Origin: Camelus dromedarius
Taxonomy: Eukaryota
Direction: 5' to 3'
NCBI RefSeq assembly: GCF_036321535.1
Contig: NC_087447.1
Location: 38,504,001 to 38,568,000 of the forward strand
DNA: 64,000 nt
Shown here piece by piece: positions 48,800 to 62,547 of this stretch. Position 1 is the stretch's first letter. The number at the start of each line of letters is the position of its first letter. Below the pieces are notes generated by a model. That model was not told the DNA's origin. It ran no database searches and was given only the letters and a program-made list of their open reading frames with translations. The position numbers and the translations under genes are program-made.

Positions 48800-50395
48800 C
48801 TCCATCGTCCGTTAGTAAGAGCTTACAGTCAAGTGTGGCCACATGCTAATATTTAGCCAATGAGATGCAAACAGGGGGTTGGTATAACTTTTGGATCATC
48901 TTTTTAAGGAAGCTGTTTGCCTTCTACTTTCATTTCTCTCTTCCTCTCCTACTGCTTTAGAAGGAGTAGCAACTAGAACACCTGTCTTGGACCCAGATGT
49001 GGGAGTCCGGTATGGAGCCTGGCAGAAACAGACCACCAGCCATGTTGCCGACCCCTGGACTCTACTGTGTGAGGAAAATAAACTTCCACCTGATTTAAAT
49101 CACCCTATCTTTGGTCTCTTTCTTACAGCAGCTTAGTTTTTAACCTATGTGTGGATCCAAGATGACCATCAATTCTATACTCCTCTGATTAAATGAGACG
49201 TGGGGTCTACTCCCCTCCACTTGAATGTAGGAAGATTTGTGACTACTTTGGCCAATTTCTAGGTCCAGGCCTTAAGAAACTGGCAGCTTCTACTTTCTGT
49301 CTTTTGGAACATTCAAGAACCCTGAACCATCATGTGAGAAGTCTGACTCCCTGAGACCACCATGCTGAAAAGGCCACATGCAGGCACTCAGCTGACAGTC
49401 CCAGCCGACAGTCCCAGCCTTCTGCATACCTCTCAGAGGTTCTGGACATGTGAATGATACCATCTTGGACCTTTTAGGCCAGCCCATTTGTTGGCTGAAG
49501 ATCATGGATAACCTGATCAGCAGCACTCTGAGCAGAAGAAATCACTCCAGTTGTCACATGAGGAGGACAGTGTGTGGAACTGCTGTACTGATCTTGCAGC
49601 CGTGAAGGGAGCCACTAGTGACACGTTAAAAATGGCAGAGTGGAATTATTTATAATTGCCAATTATTTATAATTGCCAATTATTTATAATTATAATTTAT
49701 AAAAAGCAACTCAGGTTGCTTCCGAGTGTCCATCAACAGATGAATGGATAAAGAAGATGTGGTGTGTGTGTGTGTGTGTGTGTGTGTATTATATATATAT
49801 ATAATGGAATACTACTCAGCCAAAACAAAGAATTTAACACCATGGACGGACTTGGAGGGTACTATGCTTAGTGAAATAAGTCAGAGAAAGAAATGCTGTA
49901 CATTATCACTTACACATGGAATCTAAAAAATACAACAAACTAGTGAATATAACAAAAAGAAAAAGACTCACAGATATAGAGACCAAGCTAGTGGTGACCA
50001 ATGGGGAGAGCAAAGTAGGGAGGGCAAGATATGGGTAGGGGATTAAGAGGTAAAAACCATTATGTATAAAATAAGCTACAAGGATATATTGTTCAGCACA
50101 GAGAATAGGGCCAATATTTTATAATAACCATAAATGGAGTATAACCTTTAAAAACTATGAATCACGATGTGTACACCTGAAACTTATATAACATTGTAAG
50201 TCAACTATACCACAATAAAAGGAAGAAAAATTGGCAGAGTGGAAGGATGTAAGTGTCCTTGTCTCTGATGACATGACTGAACCCGTCCTACCACCTATCC
50301 TCAAACTTCTCATTTAGTGAGATACTAAAAGTCCATCTTGTTCAAGCCACCCTCAGGTAAGTTTTCTGTCCCTTATAGCTGATAGCATTCTAAGA
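48800..50395 (+). mobile_element. Cluster of old MaLR (MLT1G/H/J-like) LTR fragments; the last is split by an L1
   Basis: gccaatgagatg; aagaaactggcagcttctactttctgtc; aaaatggcagagtggaa...tgatgacat...gttttctgtcccttatagc. Confidence 0.6.
49646..50231 (+). mobile_element. 5'-truncated L1 3' end with 13-bp TSD, inserted into an MLT1 LTR
   Basis: gtgtccatcaacagatgaatggataaagaagatgtgg...tcaactataccacaataaaa; TSD tggcagagtggaa at 49633-49645 and 50232-50244. Confidence 0.88.
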
Positions 50396-52499
50396 AACAT
50401 ATCCCCCCACATCCTGACTCTGAGGAGGAGTTTGTTATGGGAGCCAGAAGCTTTGGCTGGGCTTGAAACTATACTCTGACTTCTTTAATAAATTTATGAG
50501 TTGGGAATGATGCAAGGCTTCAACTGCCATGATTGATTTATCCTGGGGTAGCCTTCTGAGGTTCTCCTGGAACTGAATGCACAACCCTCAGTTATTCCAG
50601 CCTGGTGTCCTGATTGGGCAGAGAAGATGGAATTCCATGGCATATCACCTCACCTGCCTGCCCTTCCCCTCTCTTCACCTTGCCGGGGGCCAGAGAATAG
50701 AGGGGGTCCTGGACTACCTCCAGGACTGCCAGATGGATAATGAAGGGAGTGCTTCCAACAGCTTCCTCAAAACCCATCTTGTCTGCTAGAGATGGGGGCT
50801 CGATGGGCAGAGGATTAGAGCTGAGGGTTCTTTCCCCAAGACGACATGGAGGAAAAGGCTAAAACTCAAGGAAGAGAGCAGAACCAAAGTGGAGAAAAGA
50901 TTAGCTTAAAGAAGCCAAATTTTAGAATTCATTAAATTGAGGAGGGCCAGAGGCCATCCGGGAATGAGGACTTGGGACTGGAAAAATGCAGTGAGGGACA
51001 GGAAAGCCAATAGGTGAACTGCAAACGTGTTTGCGTGTACACACGGGGTTAGTGGAAGAGCTGCTGGTGTTTGCTGACATTGGGGGCACAGTGAATGGGT
51101 GCACTGGCTTGTTCACCTAAAAGAATCTGAAGGAACACATGCTTCTAGGAAGCCAAGCTTCCTGTTTATGTTCTGAGATGCAACCTAAATACAACTTGCT
51201 CATTAAGTCCCTGAAGATCCATCCAATGGATCTGTGCTCCTCCAAGGTGTGGCTTATGACCTGATGATAGGATTTACTTCCACTTTCCTTGCATTACAGC
51301 CAATTATTTGGCTATTTCCTCAACTGGATGGAAAGACTTTTGAGGGTAGGGATCATTCCTTAATTTTTCCCTTGTAGCATGTACCACAGTGCTTTGTACA
51401 TAGGACATGCTCAATCAATTCCTTTTGATTAATTACTGTTGTCAACCTTTTGGCTTATTTTTCTATTGACGTTTATAAACAGATTAGGAATGTTTTTCAA
51501 TAGAGTATTTTTTTCCTAAATGACAGAATAAACACAGAAATCCATCACCAAAGGGCCAAAATAAATCTTAAGCAGAAGTGTTAAACATATTTAAGAAAAA
51601 AAGATAGGAAAACAAGAGAAGGATTTGGAGGCTGAAAATTTCTCTTAGACCAGCTCCAGGCAAATGAATGTGCTCTGAAAACTTCATCAGCCTGTTCTGC
51701 ATAAAGTGGTTTCTGACCATTTTTCTATAGTGCCTCTCTTATTTGGACACAGAGTTTCATTTATTAATCAAATATAATTGGGCCCCATTTCAAAAGGATG
51801 AACAAAGCCTGTTTTGTGGTCCCATTCAAAAGCTGGGTTTAGTCTGGGTCACGGTGTTTGTCGGCGTCTTTTTCCAGGCCCTGAAGGGGGAGAGGCTGCA
51901 GCAGGACAATGGGGGGCTGTTGTCAGTTTCCCACTCCCGGGAGCCCTTGAAAGGGCCTCTCCTATCTCTGGAGCCTGGGATCCCTGACTCTGAATGTAAG
52001 GCCCGCACCTCCGCACCCACCTGGCACAAGGGCCTAGCTGGCCCTCATCACCTATGTCATTTCTCATGGCACTGGCCCTTCTTCTATGACCTGCCCTCAA
52101 ACTCACACAGGCTCAGACACATGACTACCAGGGCTCGTGTGCTTTCTTCAGTGGTTCCTCATTGCTTATACGCTGCTTCTAAAAATTCTGGAGGGACTAT
52201 GAAAATTAGACAGCTGTGCAAATACAAGAAAGAACAAAAAAGAAAGGAGAAAAACAAACAGTATTAGAAAAGAAAACACTAATATCTTCTATTTCTTGAG
52301 GACAGGGACTGTGCTAGGAACTTTATATACATTATCTGCGATCCTCACAGAAACCCTGGGAGGTGAGCAACGTGACCCCTGTTTACAGGGAAAATGATGA
52401 TGTCGGAAGTCAAGTTACTGGGTCGGTTACAGAGCTAAATTAGTGATGGAAGCTGATGAGAATTCAGGTCTGATTTCATACATGAAATACAAAAAGTGA

Positions 52500-54350
52500 T
52501 TCAACTACTTATATGGGAACACTGTAACTATGCTAATACCATGCTAATTGACTAAAAGCCTTAACAAAGTAATATTTTATAATAAAAGTATAAAATACAT
52601 CAAATGAAACGATGAGGTAGGAAATCCTATTAAGTCAGTAACAGAGAAAGAAATTTCAAAAAATTTTCAGAAGACCACCAAAAAGCAAGGCACACACACT
52701 TCATGAATTCCGTCAAATTCCCAAGCGACAGAAAATCCACCAGCTATGCTAACTGTACCAAAACACAGACATAGCTGGACTCCATCTAATGCATTCTATG
52801 TGACTAATGTGATCTTAATGAAGGTTACTCCAGGAATGCAGAAAAAAAATCAATAAAAGAAAATCTATTAATACTAGAGAATACAACCCATTTCAATATA
52901 TATCAAAAGAGGAACTGATTAAAACCTTTATTTTGAGCAAAATAATTACTACCCTTAACTTGATAAACATACCTATTTTAAATCATGAACAAATAATAGA
53001 ATAAAACTAAAAGCTTTTTTTTTTTTCAAATAGGCCCAAGTCAAGAATGTCTCTGCCTTCTTAACTAATATTGCCTTAGACAAATTGCAAAATATATAAA
53101 GAACAGTAACTTTTGGAAAAGAAGAGAAAAATGTTTATAAAGACTTTGCTGTACACTTGGAACTAAACCAACAAGTTTAGAAAAGGGGCAGATTGGATAT
53201 TCAAACTAAAAGAAAAAAATCAGTAGCACTACTATATGCCGTATATTACTATGCATCATCTACACTATATTGTTATACACAAGCAATAAACAGCTAGAAA
53301 TCATGTACATATAATAATATAAGATGCTTAGAATGCACGCAATGACTTAAGGAGTTAAGTAGAAAGAGTTGATGCATTTTAAATCAAAATTGCCCCTTTT
53401 CTTAGAATTTGGCAAAACGACTGTGGCATTTATTAGGCAAACAAAATGTCAAGAACATGAAAGGATATATAGAAAAAGAAAACCTCTGATCAGTGAAGAC
53501 TAGCACTATAAATGCTATACACATTACAAAGCAAGAATAATTAAAACAGTACAGTACTGATGCAAAACCAGACACACATAACAGTAGAGGAGAATGAGAA
53601 GCACTGAGAAAAACTATATATCTGTGACAATTTGATATATGATGAAGCAAAGTGGAGATTATTTAGTAAATGATTATATCAATTTAAATATCATTTATAG
53701 CTAAACACACACCAACTATGCTCAAATGAATAAAAGAGTCAAACATACATATTTAAATAACAACCAAAGAAAGAAGACCCAAGATTGCATGAGCTCTTGG
53801 GAATGATGGAAAAAGAACTATGAAGACCTTCCAGGGGCTTAAAGCAATAGGAGAAATAACAGTGGAAGAGATCAGAAGCTTCAACTGGATGATGCTTAAC
53901 ATATTTTAATCATAAAAATACAAGAAATGAAAGGAAAAGAACATATTGAGAAAATATTTGCCTCAAATCAATAACTTATAAGGAAGTTGTTAAAATCAAT
54001 AAGAGCATGTTTATTTCTAGAAAAAAAAGTCATCGGTATGAGGATATTCAATGCAGCACTATTTCTAAGAGTATAAAATAAAAAGTTGTTTTAGTGGTAA
54101 TTTACCTGAGTAAATCAGAATCAACAACTTAAAAATTTTTCATTTAAAAGGGTAACCATGAAAGATGTGTCTCGCATGATGGAAAAATATTTATGATTAG
54201 TGTTAAGCAAAGAAAGGAAATAGAAAATGGTGTGGGCAACATGACTGCGACTATATAAAAACAAGGATGTGTGTGCTCTGGACCTGGAAAGGAGTTCATA
54301 GAAATGAAAACAGCTCTTACAGGGCGGGCTTTGGGGGTGAGTTTTGAGTT
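52500..54350 (+). mobile_element. Highly decayed ancient L1 (L1M/L1ME-like) ORF2 and 3' region
   Basis: A-rich plus strand with scattered L1-like motifs (ttccaggaatgca, aatcagtagc, gagaaaatatttgc); no intact ORF. Confidence 0.5.
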
Positions 54351-57300
54351 GCAAACTCAAATGATATCAGGGATGAGGCAGGTAAAGATGAACAGAAAAA
54401 AAAAAATACCAAGTGGTGAGGACTACGGGGAACTGAAGAGAGGCTCAGTCAAAGCAGTTCAAAAAAAAAAAAAAAAAAAAAAAAAACCGGAAACACAAAA
54501 CACTTAAACGCTTAGATTTTGTGGAACCTCTTTGATTGGACCAAGGGGTGTGGGGCCCAGAGACACATCCCTCCCTGCCAGACTCCTTGGAGACCTTTCC
54601 TTTCAGGGTGCCCCAGGAACCCCTCAAAGCTCCATGGAGGAGTCTGAAAGTCATGGGTGACAGAGAGCTAAACAGCCATTCATCAAATATTTATTGAGTG
54701 CCCACTGCATGCCAGGTCCTGGAGGAAGACAGAGGAAGAAAGAAAGAAGACATGAACTCTATCTTCCATGAGTGTGCAGATGGGTCCAAGATTCAGACAC
54801 ACGTAACAACTCCATGTGCATCAACACGTATACAAATGACTGTGGGAACAGGGCCAATTGCTGCTAATGCAGGGAGAGTAGCACTCCAAAGGCAAAATTT
54901 GCTCCAAATTTTAAGACAAGAGTACAGATCTACCTGACATAGAAGAGGGAAGGAACATTCTAGGCAGAGGGAACAGAAGGGCACCTTGACAAAGGAAGAG
55001 AAAGGAAAGCCATTAGGCTTGATGGACCAAAGGGGGTATCCTGGGGGGCGTCCACGAGATAGACAGGATCAAGAACAGGGAGGACTTGTCTAGATTGTAT
55101 CCTCCAGGCCAGAGCTTTCAAACTTTGCTTCTAAGTCACAAAACTCTTTGTTGAAAGTCCTACTTGGAAGCCAAACTTGCAGAACAGATGACGAGACCTC
55201 TGACGGGGCAGAGGGCGTGGGGCCAAGAACCACACCCCTGCTTCTCAGACCCCCAAGCCTTAGGCCGAGGCTCCACAGAGCAATTTGAAAACCCCAGTTG
55301 TAGGCCATAGGGGCCCCACAAGAAATTCAGACAGGGAATGACTCAATCAGATTTGCAGGGTCTAGCTCTGTGAAATTTTAAAGACTCCAGTTATACCGAA
55401 GATGAGCCCTTGGCAGTAACAGCAAAACACCCTGGATTTTTGATTCCATTTTCTTTGTACCTGAGCTGTTAAGCATTATAGATTTTGGGCTGCCCTGCTC
55501 CCACTGCTGGAATGATTTTTCCAATTTTGGAAAAGTGGAGAGGAACAGTCCCCTATGTTAATGTTTCCCCGGATGCCAGACATGTCCCCAATGTGTTGAC
55601 AGACACTGTGTGCTCAATCTTTTCTTTTAATTCGGTAAATAAAAATCTCTGGGCTGAGTAGTGGATTCCATATCCACTCATAGAATCTGGGCAACAAGGC
55701 ATCTGGAATCATCTCCTTCCCTGACCCTCTCTGAGGTGTGAATCTCTTCTTCCAGCCATTGGGCACCATTCAGATTACCTGGGTATACGGTGGCCAGGGG
55801 CAGGCAATCACTTAGGAGTTTACAGATTCGTTTTCTTTAAAAGCTCAAATTCTCTATCTGCCACCTCCAATCTGGACGACTGTGTGTGATTGGGTGTCTG
55901 GTACAATGCTTTTGGGGATGGTCATCTTGATGTATGAGAATCACTTCTTAAGGGCATACACATGGGTCATTTCTCTTTCAGAGGCTAAAATACGATGCTA
56001 TCTTTCAATAAAGCAGGTGCCACTTCTTGCCAAACCCTGCCTTGAGTACTAAAAGCAGCCCACCTAATGACAAGGCCTAGTAAGTGCCAGCAGCTAAGTC
56101 TGGGAGGGGGGCCGTGGAACAAAAGCAGATGTCTTGCTGGAGAGGTGACTGGGTGATATTCAATGTCAAGCTCTCAATGAAGTACTTTCAGAAGTTCCAT
56201 AAAAGAGAAACATGGTTTTGTTTCTCTTGCCGCGGTGCCAAACAAAAACATTTTTTGTCTTCTTCTTCACAAAGAAATATAACCATGGGCTTTTGATTTT
56301 TGGAATACATTCTAAGGAGGAGATAGAGGAGAGATCAGTCTCCTAATCACGAGTTCTCGGGTCCTGGCAGAGTGTATGGGGAGAGTTTCTGGGCCTCAAG
56401 GACTGCCTTGAGTTTGTTTCCTGTAGTCTAGTGTTTATCTCTTTGGCGTGGTGAAGGGTAGATGGAGGCTGATCATAGACAGACACGATTAGCGGAAGCG
56501 CAGCCGAGATTCACAGCACCACGGTATCCAGATGAACTGGTAAAGAGCAGGGCCAGCACTTCTGCTTGACTGTGCCCAGTGTAATCAGGGATATAAAGGA
56601 GATCACAGTAAGATGGCCTTGCAACTTGCATTAAAGAAAAGATTACCCTCTGAGAGTTGAATGAGTCAAAGAATTGATGATATAGGCCCCCCGCAGAAGT
56701 CGTGGTAAAAGATGGATGTTTCCCTAAGGGTTAAGCAGGAAGAACAGGATCTGGCCTGATTGAAAGGGAAAGAAACTGAAAGCTAACCCATGAGTTTAGC
56801 TCAAAAGGATGGCTAGATTAGCGGAGGGTCGAGGGGTGGGGGAGGTACGTGGTGGCTGAATAAACTTGGCAAAGAGAGTCCTGGAGACAGACATTGGTGG
56901 AGTGAGACCCAGTCTGGGCAAGCAAGCACCCGACTCTGGGGGCGTGAGAATCTGTGCCATTAGGGGGTGTCAGCCCCCTCCCTTCCCTGCCCTCCTTCCT
57001 TATTTCCATTCAGCACAGACTCAGTGAGCACCGCTCTGCCCACACACTGTCCCAGGCATGGGAGGGGTGCCACGAACAGGACAGGAAGGTCCTTGTGTTC
57101 ATGGAAGCTGCATGACACTAAAAAAATAAACCAAGGTACAAGATAATTTCAGAGAGGAATATGTGCTAAGAAGAAAATCCAGAGGATGACTTGGAGGGGA
57201 GGGAGAGAAGGGCTTTCTGCAGAAAGGACAGCAGGCAAAGAGCTTTCTTTCCCAGTCTTACTCTAGTCTGGACGACGGAGACTTGGAGAGTTCGTCCCTG

Positions 57301-58419
57301 CCTCTGCTGGGATCCATGCTGATGACAGAGGCTGCTGTGCAGGTCCTCAGATCCTGAGAAAACGATGCTCCGGAGAGCAGAAGGAGAATTCTCTCCCTGT
57401 GAATGGAAAGTCAGCATCTGGTGCCAGCATGAAGCTTCAGTGAGGTGGGGAAGCCTGACGCGGGCTGCCTGACACACAGCAAGCATTCAATGTCATTCAT
57501 GATCATTCTTGTCGTATGATGTGATGAGAGCACCCCCCCCCCCCCACCAGACACGCTGACAAGTATCTCTTCACCAACTGACATTTGTAAAGGAGGGTAT
57601 CTCTGACTCATGCTTGATTCCTGCAGGGTTCAGTTAGAGTTCTCAGTTTAGGATTAATCCATATTAGGATCTATTCTTGCTAGAAAATCATATTAAAGGG
57701 AAATTCATTCCATTTAAACTAGGATCTCTTTTCAAACAAGTCAATCTGGTGAAGAATTTATCCATTTTGTAAGTGAAGGAATATTCTTGTAGCTTAATTA
57801 CAAGAAAATGAGCTAAACATATTAGGAAAAAAATGGTTTTTCTATTACCTCATTATCTAAGTTCTTGGTGAATTTTTTGTTTCTTCTTCATTAGAAGAAA
57901 CTACTTGAGAGTCACCTACTAATAAAGCCATAACTTAAGATTGGATCTATTAGATTTTGTCCTTATAATAATAATCATTTCTTGAACACTTATATGTATT
58001 TACTCCATTGTATTTTCTCTATATGCTTGTATTTCTGTATATGTATTTCCTCATTTCCTCATTAAATTTCAAAAAATTTCATTAATTTCAAAAAATTAAT
58101 GCTGTGGAGTTGGTAGTTTTATTATCCCCATTTTATAGATGAGGAAATTGAGGCTCAGCCTCCATCCTGTAACGGACCCTCTCTTAGAATCTGGAAGCAC
58201 TGCAGGGTCCCATGAATCCTTTATATAACTTTAAAACAAATCACTGTAAGTGAGAATGAAAATATCAGCCAAAAGATCCTTTATATACTTTTCAAAAGCA
58301 TGAAGTCAACAATAAAACCACATAGAAGTTACTTAAATGGATGTTAAAAAATGTTTTCTTTTCATGGCTTTGATGGAAAGGAAATGATTATAGCTCCAAT
58401 TTGCCACTTTTTCTTTCTC

Positions 58420-59530
58420 CTTCCCTTCTTTCCCCCAATATTAAGTATTACCAAATTCCTAAGATGCAAAACACTATGCAAGGCATTGAGATCTTATAAA
58501 TTAATAATTGAAAGTCCCAGGTCTCCAGGAACTTATACTCTAGTGCACAAGACAAGCTATAAACTGGAGTGCTCTACTGACTAGAGATAAGCATGGAGCT
58601 GTAACTAAGCTTAGGGGAGGAACATATGAGGTAAAGACTAGGGATGTGGATGGAGCATCGAAGATTTCCTAGAAGTGCTGGTTCTTGAGCAATGTCTTGA
58701 AGGAGGGTACTTGCTAACTAGGTGGATGAAGGGTGGGGGAAAGCATTCATGGAAAAGAGAAGAGCATGTACAAAGGCACAGGGGCACGATCTCGTCGGCG
58801 GGGCTGTAAGCAGCTTGGAGGCTGGTGCACAGGGCACATGTGGGAGCCTGGGCGGGAATGAGGCTGAAGATGTGGGTAAACCAGGCCAGGGTGAGCCCTG
58901 AAGGCAAGGCCATGGAGCTTAGGCTTTATGCTCTGAGTCAGACAGTTAGTTCACCACTGAGGGTTCACACACTCCTGAGTGAGGAGGTTGGCAGTGCAGC
59001 AGGCAAAGAGTTTACCACGGGCACGCTGGGAACCATGCAGAACCCAGCTGAGCAAATGAACCTTAAAATCCTGCATGCATGCGGGCAAGCACACTAGCAG
59101 AAGAAAAAGGTGAAGAGTCACTGCTGAGAATAAAGGGGAAGCAACAGTGAATTAAGCAGGAGAGGGACACAGTCAGATTTGTGTTTAGAAAGCTCTTTTG
59201 AGCAGGAGTATAGAACAGAAACTATGAGGAGGGAGGGGAGGGAAGGTGGAGAAAAGATGGGAAATGAGGATGGGGGAAGGAAGAAGCTAGGAGGCTGCTG
59301 CAATAATCAAGGCACGAGGTGATGAGGCCTCGACCAGGGAAGAGGCAGGGGAGGGAGAGGAAGACATGGAGTCAAGAAATAGTACAGGATTTAGAGCTAC
59401 TGTCCCCAGGTGGTCAGCTGTTGTTGAGGTGACAGAGAGGAGTGGTTTGGAGTGACGACCTGGTGTCTGGATTGAACACCTGGATGGGAGGTAGTGTGAT
59501 TATGAACGGAATGTTTGCACAGAGCAGAGT
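58420..59530 (-). mobile_element. L2 LINE fragments (antisense)
   Basis: atgtacaaaggcacagg...ggccatggagcttaggctttat...ggaggctgctgcaataatcaaggcacgaggtgatgaggcct. Confidence 0.65.
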
Positions 59531-60874
59531 ACTGTAAAGACATCGGAGGAACAAAGTTATTCTATGTGCCCCAAAAGGTCTACTGAAAGCTGGCACCTGT
59601 ATATCTCCTGAAAGTATCTAAGGGGGCTGAATATTTGCAGACAGTTGTGACCTTCAGGTCAAGGCTATACACTATTTATTTATTTCTATCTCCCACATGC
59701 CAAGCCCTGGGCTGACACTTAGGTTGTCAGTAAATCCATATGAAAGGGTCTCTCTTTTCTTTCCCTGCAAAGTAGTAGACTGTGCTATGAGATTTTAGGC
59801 TGGAAAAGTTATTACTGATATCAGTGAGACCCTTGACTAAGTATAAAAGCAGGAACAAAATTCACTGAAGTCCTGAGGCCAATTTTAGCTAGGTTCCTGT
59901 TTGCCTTTTGGAAATCTCTTTATTGCTTTGCTTGAGACAAGTTTTAAAAATACCAACAAAATAGAAGCATCTCTTCTCTAAGTTTCAGCTTCCAAAAAAA
60001 AGTGAAAAAGCAAATGTGGCCAAATGACTGAATAAATAATTTCATTTCAAAGCAGCCTTGGTGTATACAAAGTTACAGATAGTGGCTTTGATGATGATCA
60101 GGGGCCTGAGAGTGATGGGTGTGTGGTGGGGGCCCTGCCTGGAACACTAGGGTAGAAAACACAGTCTTTACATAACAGAGCCGTGTGTTTGGGGACCTGA
60201 TCAAACAAGACTAGATTTCAGTCCAGCAGATATTCACAAAGCACCTGTCATGCCAAGTTCCAGTCTATCCATTTTCATATGTATCATCTTTTAAAATTCC
60301 AGAACAATACACAAATCTGTTAACACCAATCAAATGTGTAAAGGCTCAGTATTAACACAGGGTGGAGTAAACACCCCAGGTGAGCTAAGAACTCTGTGGT
60401 TCCAGCTAGAAATGGAGAGTTGTCATAAGGCCAAGAGGTTTTTAAATCCAGTCATCTGCGTTTGTATTTTCTTTCCTTCCACCTGGCTTAGCGGTTTTCA
60501 AACTTTAGTGTGCACAAGAAATCAAGGTCAGACACATAAAATCACATATTCTGTACTTAATAGGTGATTTCGGGGACTTTAGGGACAATTATGACTATGT
60601 GTGGTTTTCACATATATGCACAGATTTTAGAGCCTGACCTTCACCCACCCACCTGACGTCCCTGTGATCATTCTGGTTATCCGCACGGTGGCATGGGGAG
60701 TTAATTACACGACCGCTTAAACTCTATTTTTAAACAGAATTGGAAGGCTAGGAGGCTTATAATGCTAACAATGAACATTTAACACAAAAGCAAAATAAAA
60801 TTCAGTGAAAACGAGCAGAAAACTGAACATAGTCAGAGGCAGACTTACCAAGAGGATAAGGAAGATCTTCTTTC

Positions 60875-61567
60875 TTTCTTTTAATTGAAGTCTAGTCAGT
60901 TTATAATGTTGTGTCAATTTCTGGTGTACAGCATAATGTTTCAGGCATGCAGATACACACATACATTTCTCTTCATATTCTTTTTTGGTATAAGTTACCA
61001 CAAGACATTGAATATAGTTCCCTGTGTATACAGTATAAGCTTGTTTATCTACTTTACATACAGTCGTTAATATTTTCAAATCTCGAATTCTCCCAATTTA
61101 TTCCTCCCAACCCGCTTTCCCCCCTGGTAACCATGAGTTTGTTTTCTACGTCTATGAGTCTGTTTCTGTTTTGTAAATAAGTTCATTTGTGTCTTTTTTT
61201 TTTTTAAGATTCCACATATGAGTGATATCATATGGTATTTTTCTTTCTCTTTCTGGCTTACTTCACTTAGAATGATGATCTCTAGGTCCATCCATGTTGC
61301 TGCAAATGGCATTATTTTATTCCTTTTTATGGCTGAGTAGTATTCCATTGTATAAATATACCACAGCTTCTTTATCCAGTTATCTGTCGATAGACATTAA
61401 GGTTGTTTCCATGTCTTGGCTATTGTAAATAGTGCTGCTATGAACACTGGGGTGCGTGTATCTTTTCGAATTAGAATTCCCCCCGGATATATACCCAGGA
61501 ATGGGATTGCTGGATCATACAGTAATCTACTTTTAGTTTTTAAAGGAATCTCCATACTGTTTTTCAT
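60875..61567 (-). mobile_element. 5'-truncated L1, apparently the same family as 37893-38644
   Basis: Minus-strand peptide MEYYSAIKRNKIMPFAATWMDLEIIILSE; degenerate TSD ggaagatcttctttc / ggaagctttactttc. Confidence 0.92.
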
Positions 61568-62307
61568 GGAAGCTTTACTTTCAGAGCCTTTCTTCCACAA
61601 GCTTTCAAGAACCTAAACTTAATTTGCATTCATAATTTTATATTCTTTTTTCTTAAAAAGGACCCCCTGCCAAACTGAGTAAGATTTAAGCCCCATAGAT
61701 TCTGGACTCATCCTTGCATGTAGCAATCACTACTCTTTAGCCCTTAATTTTAGTCCTGTACTTTTAGGCACCAAGGGCAAAATGCAGCCGTGACTACTCA
61801 CTGTGCACAGAGAAATGTCAGGAGGGAAATCAGAATGTCTGGAACACCCAACTGTGCACCTGCCAAGCTAACTGACAGAGCCTGAGCTGGCAGCTGCAGA
61901 AAACTCAGCATCAACATTAGGAAATAGTATGATGTCTCTGTCTTTTTAGTTAATACTTAGTTTACCTACAGTTCACCAGCAATTCAGTAAACAAGACAGT
62001 TATCAAGTTCCTACTCTGCAACCAGCCCTGAGTGAGATTCTCAGGGGACTGTAAAAGGATGAAGCTCAGATCCCTTTTAACTTTTCCCTTGTAAATTCTG
62101 CGAAGAGGCAGATCAGCGTGTACTGAGAACAGTGAAACACCTCACAGAGAAAACTCAAAACGGATACTGGGATCAATTACAGACCAGCTCGACTTCCATA
62201 AAACGAAGAAGGTGGAAGAACATTGGTTAGAAATCAAGGAACGGTGATGTTTGATCTCTTTTCCTCCCTCTTTTCCTTCCTTCCACAGATGTTTACTGAG
62301 CACCTCT

Positions 62308-62547
62308 TCTTTTTCTTTTAAGTAGCTTTATTGAGATATGATTTATTATACAGTTTACCTATTGAAGGCGTACAGTTCAATGGTTCTTTAGCATATTCAG
62401 TGTTGTGCAACTGTCACCGCATCAATTTCGAACATCCCCGCTGCCCCCCCACCCCCAGACCTATTAGCAGTTGCCCCCCAACTCCCTTTCGCTCTCCAGC
62501 CCTAAGCAACCGCTCATCTACTTTCTGTTTCTATAGATTTATCTGTG
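62308..62547 (-). mobile_element. L1MB-like 3' end
   Basis: agctttattgagatatgattt...gttgtgcaactgtcacc...ctaagcaaccgctcatctactttctgtttctatagattt. Confidence 0.75.

Noticed and set aside
51215..51233. 8-bp inverted repeat agatccat-cca-atggatct
   Set aside because: Short enough to occur by chance in 64 kb
54461..54486. A26 tract as a possible retrocopy tail
   Set aside because: No upstream processed-pseudogene sequence or TSD recognised; likely a simple expansion next to old L1 DNA
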